From IMG/VR virus record IMGVR_UViG_3300047330_000027, positions 3,862 through 67,861 of that record: 64,000 bases of DNA. One strand, given 5' to 3'. Under the pieces are notes generated by a model that saw only the letters and a program-made list of their open reading frames with translations, was not told the origin of the DNA and did no database searches. Of this stretch, positions 56,109 to 64,000 are shown piece by piece (position 1 is the first letter of the stretch; every line of letters starts with the position of its first letter). The position numbers and the translations under genes were made by a program. The stretch is from a virus.

Positions 56109-58826
56109 CTAGCCGAGCACTCCTGTCGAGAACTTGCGCACGTACAGCGCCGCAGTGTGCACTTCCCACCAGTTTCCGGCAACCCCGCCGTTGTCCCAGC
56201 CGATGCCGAAGCTGGTCGAATAGCGCCCGTTGACCCCGAAGTCTTGCTCCAGTTCCACATTCGGCTGAAGCACCATCTGACGATTATCTTTCGATAACGG
56301 AATGAAATTCCCTGCCGTATCGAATGCATGCACGTTGATCGGGCCATTGCCCTTGGCTGACAGGCGCGCACCGTTCAGTTGCAGGTTGACGTTCGATGTC
56401 CTCGGTCCAGGCACGCTGATCCAGGTCGAGAAGTATCCCTTCTCGTTCGAGTCGTAGTCGTGGTCGAAGTACTGGCCCTCGTTCAGCGAATAGAACGCTC
56501 CGTCATACCCGCCATAGAACAACTCATTCGACAGATCGACGCCGACGTCTGCCACGTTCGAGAGATAGCGCTGCGGGACATACAGCATCTGCGGGATGGC
56601 TAGGTCATCGACAGACCACTTGCGCCCTTGGACGTTCGGAATCAGGACGCCGCGGCGCGCGGAGAAGATCACGGGATCTTCAAAGCCGTAATGATAGTTG
56701 AAGGTCAGCCGCACGTTATTGGTCAGCGAGGCGCCGGTCGGGATGCAGATCGTGACCTCTTCGCGGTACCCATCGATCGTGACCGAAATCTCCTGTGCCG
56801 CGTTCCAGTTGATCGTTTTCCAGATTTGCTCGATTTCTCGATTAATGCGCATCGCAAACTTGCCGGCCACCTTGAACACGCCGTCACGGTGCGCAAAGAT
56901 CAGGATGTCTTCGTCGTCCGTTGACCAGATGTCGACAGCTTTCGGTCCGCAAGGACCGCGGCCTTTCCATAGTGGGTTGACCTCCCAGTCCTGCGGATCG
57001 CCATCGTTCGGGGTCACGACGTAGCCGCCGTTCTCCTTCATCGATATTTGCACTTCCCCGATCTCGCGCCAGCATACGGCGCGATCGCCATTCGACTCAG
57101 CTACCTGGATCAGCGAGTTTGGAATCCGCACGGCTTCAGGGTCGTCGAGGTCGGAGACCAGGTGACCGCTGGGGAAGCCAGTGCAGCCGGTGTAGATGAC
57201 CTGGCTTAATTGCTCCGAGAAGAAGACATCGGAAGCCGGCGGCACCTCGATCCTTTGTGCGTAGTTCGTCACCTCGTTTGCGCCTGGCAGGAAGGTGTCG
57301 GTGAAATTGAAGGTCGCCGAAGTCGTAACGTTATCGTTGATGATCGTGGCCGTGATCGGCACATTGGGCTGGCCAAAGCCGGGACTCTCGACATCGTTCT
57401 GAGCAATCCAGTAATACGGGCCTGCCGCGCTCTGCCCTGCGACCGTAAAGGCACAGATGCGCGCCATGGTGTTGTACGGTCCAATCGGGATTTTGCCTGC
57501 GTAACACTGGTATCCAGTCGCCGTGACCTCAAGCAGCACGGGGGTCGAGGTGGTCCAGCCCGTGATATAGCCGTTCCGATTCATGAACAGAACGATCATG
57601 TAGCGGTCGCCGACATCCACATTGCCGGCAGGCGTCACCGGCGCGCTTGAGATGGTTGGCAGTGCCTTCCCTACCGGGTACGCGCTGATGGTCACATTGG
57701 CGCCCGGCGCGTAGGGGCCACCGATCTGCGCATAGTAGGTCGGGTCGATGTACTGGGCGAGCACGGGCGCACCGGGCACGATGTAGCAATAAGCGTTGTA
57801 GCTGACCGCTGCCTGTCCTGCCGGAAAGTCGCCGCCGGCTGCGATATACGCAGGGATCGCTGGCAGCGTGAATCTGAGATCGACCGGCCCGCCCGTCGTG
57901 TTTTGCCATTGGAGCACAGTCGTGGTGTCAAAAGTGCCGTCCGGGTTGGTGACATCGGTCGAACTTTCACCGGCAGCCGAGTTATACGTCAGCACCAGAA
58001 AGACAGTCGCGCCGTTAACGATCGGCGAGCCAGCGTCGGCAATCGGAGTCGGGTTGAGCGCGAGGCCAGCGTTCGGAAGCCCTGAGAGCGCGAAGGGTGT
58101 CGCTTCGACCCACTCGATCCCGTTATCGGCAATCATGCCGCCAGCGCCCGGCCAGACAGGTTGCACGGCGCCGCTGGTCCCGGCCACGGTGCAACGGTAG
58201 ATGTACTGGTTCGGGGTATTTGGCACCCAGCTCCCGCCGCCGTCTCCCGTGCCGTTGCTGAGGAAGTTCGATGGCGAGACGATTTGACCCACGCGATACG
58301 CAGTCGCAGGGTTCCATGGCGCAGCGACGGGCTTGTCTGATACCGGGTCGAGGTTCCCCGTTTGCGGCGCATAGACCAGGTTCGGGGCGATGCCGCGGCC
58401 GAGGTTGCCCATCGCGAGATATCCGCGGTTGAATGCCTGCCGGATGACTGGATTCAGACCAGGCGTTAGTGGGATATTCGCATTGGCGATGAAAGCGCCC
58501 GTCGACAGAAGGGCTTTGGTGGCTTGAAGAAACGGGGTGGCAGAGTAGATGTTGCCGCTGTTCGAGTCATACGCGAGCAGCTTGATGTACTCGCCTTGTG
58601 TGGTGTCTTCCGCGATATAGCGAATCAGGCCGGCGCCGGTGATCTTCGCGTTCGCAGCGATCTGAAGACGATTCTCAAATCCCCAGCGCGTCGCAACGCT
58701 TTCCGCCCGGTACCTGCTGTTGCGAACAACGCTGGCAAGCCCGAGCGGAAGCAATACGCCATCGTCCCATTGGGCCAGTGAGCCCATGCGAGGAATGGTT
58801 TGCGGAGTGGAGCCGTCGAAGTTCAA
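56109..58826 (-). CDS. putative tail nozzle/tubular protein B (P22 gp10-like position)
   Basis: 905 aa beta-rich; WNPATAYRVGQIV CBM-like insert; position after the adaptor. Confidence 0.6.
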   Translation of the reverse strand: MNFDGSTPQTIPRMGSLAQWDDGVLLPLGLASVVRNSRYRAESVATRWGFENRLQIAANAKITGAGLIRYIAEDTTQGEYIKLLAYDSNSGNIYSATPFLQATKALLSTGAFIANANIPLTPGLNPVIRQAFNRGYLAMGNLGRGIAPNLVYAPQTGNLDPVSDKPVAAPWNPATAYRVGQIVSPSNFLSNGTGDGGGSWVPNTPNQYIYRCTVAGTSGAVQPVWPGAGGMIADNGIEWVEATPFALSGLPNAGLALNPTPIADAGSPIVNGATVFLVLTYNSAAGESSTDVTNPDGTFDTTTVLQWQNTTGGPVDLRFTLPAIPAYIAAGGDFPAGQAAVSYNAYCYIVPGAPVLAQYIDPTYYAQIGGPYAPGANVTISAYPVGKALPTISSAPVTPAGNVDVGDRYMIVLFMNRNGYITGWTTSTPVLLEVTATGYQCYAGKIPIGPYNTMARICAFTVAGQSAAGPYYWIAQNDVESPGFGQPNVPITATIINDNVTTSATFNFTDTFLPGANEVTNYAQRIEVPPASDVFFSEQLSQVIYTGCTGFPSGHLVSDLDDPEAVRIPNSLIQVAESNGDRAVCWREIGEVQISMKENGGYVVTPNDGDPQDWEVNPLWKGRGPCGPKAVDIWSTDDEDILIFAHRDGVFKVAGKFAMRINREIEQIWKTINWNAAQEISVTIDGYREEVTICIPTGASLTNNVRLTFNYHYGFEDPVIFSARRGVLIPNVQGRKWSVDDLAIPQMLYVPQRYLSNVADVGVDLSNELFYGGYDGAFYSLNEGQYFDHDYDSNEKGYFSTWISVPGPRTSNVNLQLNGARLSAKGNGPINVHAFDTAGNFIPLSKDNRQMVLQPNVELEQDFGVNGRYSTSFGIGWDNGGVAGNWWEVHTAALYVRKFSTGVLG

Positions 58827-58833
58827 CCTTCGG

Positions 58834-59265
58834 TTAGCCCGTCATCCTGGAGGGCGCGACCAATTCGAGGATGGCGAAGTCGGCCAGATCCTGCGCGCTG
58901 TACGCAGTACCGGTCGCTATTTCGGTTGCTTCGGCATTCACGGCGCTGGTCTCAAGCAGCATCATCTGGATCGCGTTCGCCCAAGATGTTGCGGTCGGAT
59001 TCCAATTAAACACTGTCGTATAACCCGTAAATTCACGGGTGCATTTGAGGATGTACTTGCCCTGGGTCACATAACTCGGGTCGAAAAGACCGCCGATGAT
59101 GTTGCCCGTGGGCGTGGGCAATGAGGCAGTGGTGAGGTTGATGGTCTCGCCACCGGCGCCATTTGCGTTGCGGGCGTAGGTTCCGGCCGTGACAGTCACC
59201 TTGTACTGGCGAGTTGTCTGGCGGCGGGATTGCTGCTCTCCGTAAGACTTAACGGCGTTGGGCAT
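58834..59265 (-). CDS. virion structural protein
   Basis: GGAGG SD; late operon. Confidence 0.6.
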   Translation of the reverse strand: MPNAVKSYGEQQSRRQTTRQYKVTVTAGTYARNANGAGGETINLTTASLPTPTGNIIGGLFDPSYVTQGKYILKCTREFTGYTTVFNWNPTATSWANAIQMMLLETSAVNAEATEIATGTAYSAQDLADFAILELVAPSRMTG

Positions 59266-59327
59266 CGTTCGTTCCTCCAGCGCTCCGGTTTTGGAGCGGG
59301 TTCAGAATCGTGGTGGTTGACCCGGCG

Positions 59328-60008
59328 CTAAATGTAGCCAGCGGGTGAGGTCCTGCGGATCGTGGAATGAATCCGCGGGATGAGAGGTCGTTTGCCCTGA
59401 CGCTGTTTCACCAGCACGCCCGCAAAGGCGTCCCAGGCTTTCATGCGCTTCATTTCGAGGCTTGCGGCAATCGACATGCCTTTGATCGTCGCCACCTCTT
59501 TGGCTACCTGCAGCGCGAGGATGTGGGCGGTGCCACGAATCACGTTTTGCTGCGGGTCGTAAATGTTGGTCGAGACCTGATCGAAGTAAATCCTCAAGGT
59601 CACAGGAACAGCCGAGGGAGTGACTGCAATCGCGCCATCGATAAACGTCCACTGGTACGCGCCGATCGATTGCGGGGTCACGGCATCGAGTTCATCGGTC
59701 GGGATGGATTCGGAGAAGGTGTACTCGGGCTGCGAGGTCAGCCACCATCTGATTTTCTTCGGCACCTTCATCGTGGCCAGCGCCTGCCCATCCGCAAGCA
59801 GCGGCGTCAGGTCGGTCTGGCCGGCTGTCAGGTTCACCAGCGCGTTCGACTCGATGTACTGCATGCCGAGCAACTCAAGGTCAACGTCAAGGATGTCGTA
59901 CTCCTGGTCGATCCACGGCATCAGGTAATCCGTGTCGTACTGGGAGTTCGAGGGGTCGTCGAGCAGGACACCCACGCGCTTTACGATGTCGGCTGCGTCC
60001 TGCAGCAT
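59328..60008 (-). CDS. putative head-tail adaptor (tail tubular protein A-like)
   Basis: IVKRVGVLLDD...WIDQEY N-terminal pattern; size and position. Confidence 0.6.
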   Translation of the reverse strand: MLQDAADIVKRVGVLLDDPSNSQYDTDYLMPWIDQEYDILDVDLELLGMQYIESNALVNLTAGQTDLTPLLADGQALATMKVPKKIRWWLTSQPEYTFSESIPTDELDAVTPQSIGAYQWTFIDGAIAVTPSAVPVTLRIYFDQVSTNIYDPQQNVIRGTAHILALQVAKEVATIKGMSIAASLEMKRMKAWDAFAGVLVKQRQGKRPLIPRIHSTIRRTSPAGYI

Positions 60009-60020
60009 GGGTGCCTCCTT

Positions 60021-61073
60021 TTAGGCTGTCGCCTGGTCTCGCTTGCGTGCCGCTTCTTCCGCCTGCAGTTCGCGAATAGCGAATGCCGAAAGCGGCTTGC
60101 GCCGGCCTGCCTTGATACGCTCGGGGCGCTCATCTTTCGACTCGGCCACATAATCGCTGATGCCCATCTCGATCAGAGTCGCGCGGTCAAGTTGCTCAAG
60201 CCGCAGGTCGAACTCATCGATCTCCTGGCTCTCGAAAGCGCCGCGCACATCCAGCACCTTGCCGCAGCCGGGGTTGGTGCAGACAATCTGGTGAGGCTTC
60301 ACTTCGCTGCGGCAGGACGGGCAGAGTTGCAGCACTTCGTCCTGCGAGCGAACCAGCTCCATCCAGGTCGGTTTCGTGTTGCCCAAGCGCCCGTTGTCGA
60401 ACAGGATCTGCGCGCATGTGCGGTGGATGTCGGTGATGTTGCCGCTCGAGCCATGGTTCGGCGTGTTCCAGTAGTTCCAGGCTTCGGACACCATCTTCGA
60501 CATCCAGGTGAAGGCCTGCTCCTGGGTGTCTTCGACCAGTTTTGCGACCTTGGGGTCGTCCATGTTGAGGTCTTTGATCGTGCCCTGGATGACCATCACG
60601 CCGCCGGCCTTGTACTCACGCATGAACTCTTCGCCGAGTTGCGCTGGCACGAAGTCGGTGGGGATGATGGTGCGCTCATCTACGCGGTCCGTCTGGATGA
60701 TGGGCTCATGCCAGGTGTAATACGTAAACGGCTCAATGCGCGTCGCGGGTGGAACGGCGATCGACAACTCCGGAATCGGCGAGTTGACCTTTAGCTGCAC
60801 GGGAAGGAAATTGAGGATCGTGCAGGCCGGGATGTTCGAGAAGGCATGGCGCCGTTTGATGATCGAGATGCGCTGCTCGAATTGGTAGTCGCGTGCGCGC
60901 CCCTGCGCTTTGCCTGGGTCCATGCGCCCGATCTGCGCCGTCTTGCCGGTGTTCGGGTCGCGGTACTGGGTCGATGCGTTTTCGACCGCTGCTGCGAGCG
61001 GGCTGATGCTCGACGCCATCTCGCGCTGATCTTCGATGTCCATCACTGCTGCGTTGCCGCGATTCTTCGCCAT
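60021..61073 (-). CDS. hypothetical protein with Zn ribbon
   Basis: AAGGAG SD; CPSC...CTNPGC. Confidence 0.7.
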   Translation of the reverse strand: MAKNRGNAAVMDIEDQREMASSISPLAAAVENASTQYRDPNTGKTAQIGRMDPGKAQGRARDYQFEQRISIIKRRHAFSNIPACTILNFLPVQLKVNSPIPELSIAVPPATRIEPFTYYTWHEPIIQTDRVDERTIIPTDFVPAQLGEEFMREYKAGGVMVIQGTIKDLNMDDPKVAKLVEDTQEQAFTWMSKMVSEAWNYWNTPNHGSSGNITDIHRTCAQILFDNGRLGNTKPTWMELVRSQDEVLQLCPSCRSEVKPHQIVCTNPGCGKVLDVRGAFESQEIDEFDLRLEQLDRATLIEMGISDYVAESKDERPERIKAGRRKPLSAFAIRELQAEEAARKRDQATA

Positions 61074-61084
61074 GGTGGTTCTCC

Positions 61085-61795
61085 TTAGTTGCCGACGTGC
61101 GACCGGAATCCGGCCCGTTCAAACATCTCTGTGCGCCACCTGCCGGCAGCGAGTGAATTCGAGAGCATCGGCTTCATGGCATCTCTGAGCCGCGCCGCGT
61201 TCTCTTCCGTGAGCTTGCGATCCTTTTCGGCTGCTTCCCTGCGCGCGTCGTCATAGCGCTGGCGCACGATCTTCGCGAGGTCGCTGTCGATGTTCTGGCG
61301 CACTGTCTCGCAATGCGTGATGTAGTCGAGCAGGAAACCTACCTCGGGAACTTGAGCGAAGGGACCGATGGCCCACTCATAGTTGCCCTCGTAGGGATAG
61401 GGGCCAAGCCGGTTGATCTGCGTACCGCCAACCATGTGCGAGGCGTCATCCCAGGCTTCAGGCGAACCGTAAACATGCCGCGGTGTCCAGCGCTCGAGCA
61501 CCCATCCCTGCTTGGTGTCCTCGTCGTACTTCCGGACCTCGCGATACTCGATCGCGGTGCGCAGCGGACGGTAGGGCGCAGAACGTTCTCCGGTCAGCGG
61601 GTCGACCATCGGAGTGCCACGGTCTTCGATCGGCGTGTCTTTGTGCCAGTCGTTGTATTCGCCGCCCTTGATCTCGGTGACGCACTCGGCCAGCACAAAA
61701 CGATAGTTCGGCCGCCCATAGGGGTTCATGCCGAACTTCGCGATCTGCTTATCGATCGACTCGATCTCAGGGCCGTGGTAGTCCTTGTATTTCAC
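61085..61795 (-). CDS. hypothetical protein
   Basis: FGMNPYGRPNYR...WVLERW; TAGTG-coupled. Confidence 0.7.
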   Translation of the reverse strand: MKYKDYHGPEIESIDKQIAKFGMNPYGRPNYRFVLAECVTEIKGGEYNDWHKDTPIEDRGTPMVDPLTGERSAPYRPLRTAIEYREVRKYDEDTKQGWVLERWTPRHVYGSPEAWDDASHMVGGTQINRLGPYPYEGNYEWAIGPFAQVPEVGFLLDYITHCETVRQNIDSDLAKIVRQRYDDARREAAEKDRKLTEENAARLRDAMKPMLSNSLAAGRWRTEMFERAGFRSHVGN

Positions 61796-61977
61796 TAGTT
61801 CCAGTTCTTCCCGGCAGCCGTTGCCTCGGCGAGATGAGCTTCCGCATCTGCCTTGGTCGTGAAGCTATACACGGCCAATTTGGGATCAGACGACACGCCG
61901 AACTTGCCGTCTTTTTCAAACACCTGCAGTACGGGAACCGCGGGCGCCGCCTTCTTTTTGAAAAGTCCGAAAAGCAT
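61795..61977 (-). CDS. small hypothetical protein
   Basis: AAGGAG SD. Confidence 0.55.
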   Translation of the reverse strand: MLFGLFKKKAAPAVPVLQVFEKDGKFGVSSDPKLAVYSFTTKADAEAHLAEATAAGKNWN

Positions 61978-61994
61978 CACTGCTCCTTTTGTCA

Positions 61995-62021
61995 CGAAAA
62001 GGCGGCCCCGAGAGGCCGCCC
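61995..62021 (-). terminator. terminator after the capsid gene
   Basis: GGCGGCC-tctcgg-GGCCGCC followed by TTTT. Confidence 0.65.
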
Positions 62022-62034
62022 GTCCGGTTGGTTC

Positions 62035-63318
62035 CTAGTAGCCGACAGGCTGCTGGATGTTGTAGAGCGTGGACTGCGCGCGGGGATTGTCGACGTAGTA
62101 CTGAATTGTGTCGATCATGAAGGACGCTGCGCCCGAGGTGATCTGTCCGTTGGTGCCGACCTGCTGGAACACAGTCCTGCCTTCGGACGAGAACCAGAAC
62201 GGCGGGTTGCCCCACTTGATCTTGCCCCAACGCTCGAGGTTCAAGTAGTCGATACGCTGTGCGTGCGCATGGATGTTCTCGATGATCGGCGAACCGGACA
62301 CCGTGGCATCGCCGCGGAACAGCAGATCGAAGCTATCGAACTTGCCCGACTGCGACTGGATAACGGTCGACTGACCGGCCAGGTTCTCATACGCTGCGCG
62401 CTGACCGAGCGGCATCTGGATTTTGAACTTGCCCGTCTTCACCGCTTCCGTGCCCAGAGCCTGCTTGATCTGGTCATAGGGAAGGCGAAGCAGAGCGGGG
62501 GTGACCGAGCTGTTCTGCGCGTTCACACCGTTCGAAATCAGGAAGCTGTTGGCAGCGAGGGACCGATCAAGACCGACCGTCAAACCCGTCTGTGCGTTGT
62601 TCAGCCAGTAGGGAATGCCGTAGGTAAAGGTCGGGGCGCCGGAAATCAGGCCGTTAAAGCGGACGACGTTTCCAGCGGCGGCGCCGGCAGGAACCACGTC
62701 TACGTGAACGGTCTGCGTCGAACCGAGCGAGTTCTGGACAGCGGTGACGTTGCTCGTGCCGAGCAGCGCTGTGCCGTTGTAGATATCGATCGGCTGACCA
62801 ATGACCAGGAGGCGGGCTCCGAAGTCATTGTTGTTGAGCGTGTAGATGTTGTTGACGTTATCGACGGCAGTGATATTGCCGAAGAAACCAGTACCGTCAC
62901 CCGAGCACAGGATCATATCGCGCAACTGCTTCATGCGCGTGATCGTGTCGGACATCTGGGTCGCGACGGCGTTGACAACCGTGAGGTTGTTCTGACCCTT
63001 CGCGGTCAGCTCAAGCAACTTGGTCCAGCCAACCGGGACTCCCCACGAAGAGGGAGCGAGCGTGCCCGCAAGCCAGTTTGAGGAAGTCGGCGTCGGGAAG
63101 TTGACGGCCGGGTTATCGAGGTAAATCGCCGAACCACCACCAGGGATGTTCGTCTGGAAGGTAAGGCGGAAATTCATTGCCGAAACCATCTCGGCGCGTC
63201 CCGTATCGGCGATCAGCCGATCGAGTTCGGAATCGGTTTCGACCATGAGCTGCGGCTGGTCGTAAACCTGCTGGATGGCGATAGCGATGGCGCCAACGCC
63301 GGCTTGTAAGTCGGGCAT
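62035..63318 (-). CDS. major capsid protein
   Basis: 427 aa; MILCSGDGTG (GDG motif), GLDRS; follows the scaffold-like gene and precedes a terminator. Confidence 0.7.
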   Translation of the reverse strand: MPDLQAGVGAIAIAIQQVYDQPQLMVETDSELDRLIADTGRAEMVSAMNFRLTFQTNIPGGGSAIYLDNPAVNFPTPTSSNWLAGTLAPSSWGVPVGWTKLLELTAKGQNNLTVVNAVATQMSDTITRMKQLRDMILCSGDGTGFFGNITAVDNVNNIYTLNNNDFGARLLVIGQPIDIYNGTALLGTSNVTAVQNSLGSTQTVHVDVVPAGAAAGNVVRFNGLISGAPTFTYGIPYWLNNAQTGLTVGLDRSLAANSFLISNGVNAQNSSVTPALLRLPYDQIKQALGTEAVKTGKFKIQMPLGQRAAYENLAGQSTVIQSQSGKFDSFDLLFRGDATVSGSPIIENIHAHAQRIDYLNLERWGKIKWGNPPFWFSSEGRTVFQQVGTNGQITSGAASFMIDTIQYYVDNPRAQSTLYNIQQPVGY

Positions 63319-63365
63319 CTTAGTGAATCCTCTCGGTTAAAAGGGTTCGCATTTCGCTATCGGCT

Positions 63366-64000
63366 CTAGCTGGCTTGGCGACGCAGCATGACGCCCGTCA
63401 GGATCTCGGTCTCACTCGGCCTGCGGCCCAGTTTGGTTTGCAACTCGGTCGTGACGGCGTTGCGCAATTGCGCTCCATCCATCGGGGCCGGGGCTGCTTT
63501 TGAGGTCCCTGTTGAGGCGGTGCGTGCTTCGCTACGGCTTGCATCTGCGCGAGCGGCTTGTTTCAATTGGCGGTTTTGCTGAGCTTCGATTTCGGTGGTG
63601 CCTTCGGATGCCAGGACATCGGCCAGAATTTTGCCGAGGTGATCATGCATGAACCGTTTGTTCAGCGCGACCAGCTCTTTCTTGACCGCTTCCGTCTGCG
63701 GCCTGCGCAACAGTTGATCGCGTTGATCGGTGAACACCGGGTTCGAGTTGATTACCTCGGCCAGGCGCTGTTTGATCTTTTCAACCGTTGCTTCCGGTGC
63801 CGATAAACCATCGGCCACCTTCAGGCGCTTATTGATTTCGGCTTCGAAGGCCTCACCGGTAGCCATGTCTACGGAGTTCAGAAAATTCTCTGTGCGCTCC
63901 GCGGCTTCTGCTTTCTTCCGCGAGTCGAGCTCGGCTCGCTCTGCGGCAATGGCTTCCTTCTGCTGCTTCAGTTCCGCAGATAGACCCTCTTCGTTCGGCG
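63366..64000 (-). CDS. putative scaffolding protein (partial, start outside window)
   Basis: frame open to the window end; charged coiled coil directly upstream of the capsid gene. Confidence 0.55.
   Translation of the reverse strand, partial: PNEEGLSAELKQQKEAIAAERAELDSRKKAEAAERTENFLNSVDMATGEAFEAEINKRLKVADGLSAPEATVEKIKQRLAEVINSNPVFTDQRDQLLRRPQTEAVKKELVALNKRFMHDHLGKILADVLASEGTTEIEAQQNRQLKQAARADASRSEARTASTGTSKAAPAPMDGAQLRNAVTTELQTKLGRRPSETEILTGVMLRRQAS

Noticed and set aside
59281-59298. Hairpin between the adaptor and the next gene as a terminator
   Set aside because: No U-tract on the coding strand
59367-60794. Long + strand ORFs opposite virion genes (also 11882-13033, 39302-40390, 61834-63081)
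   Set aside because: Antisense shadow ORFs typical of high-GC DNA; no motifs or SD
1-64000. tRNA/rRNA genes, integrase, CI-type repressor with peptidase domain
   Set aside because: None recognisable by eye; absence should be confirmed with tRNAscan-SE and HMM searches

Overview
The window is most of a ~60% GC temperate podophage-like genome, probably a phage-plasmid. It has ParA plus an RHH partner and a lambda-O-like replication gene with an internal iteron origin; no integrase is visible. The host is inferred to be Acidobacteriota. Both window ends fall in minus-strand virion genes. Left end: three signal-peptide-bearing fibre/glycanase genes, then lysis genes. Right end: scaffold, capsid, tail, ejection proteins, a 3364-aa DarB-like MTase-helicase, TerS and a split TerL. 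Two divergent early/middle arms lie between them (replication, YqaJ/RecT, SbcC-like ATPase, MTases, DUF550, HNH, DnaB). The main unannotated signal is a candidate antisense-RNA regulon. About ten early-gene leaders carry a CUGGAAG-loop hairpin with covarying stems and/or an extended Shine-Dalgarno GGAGGCAAC(A). A short terminated minus-strand RNA at ~13.24-13.38 kb displays the complements (UUCCAG, UUGCCUC) in two adjacent loops. Other oddities are an HNH gene nested inside an open MTase frame, a gene nested in the DarB-like linker, and the split terminase. All product calls come from motif recognition by eye; no database search was run.
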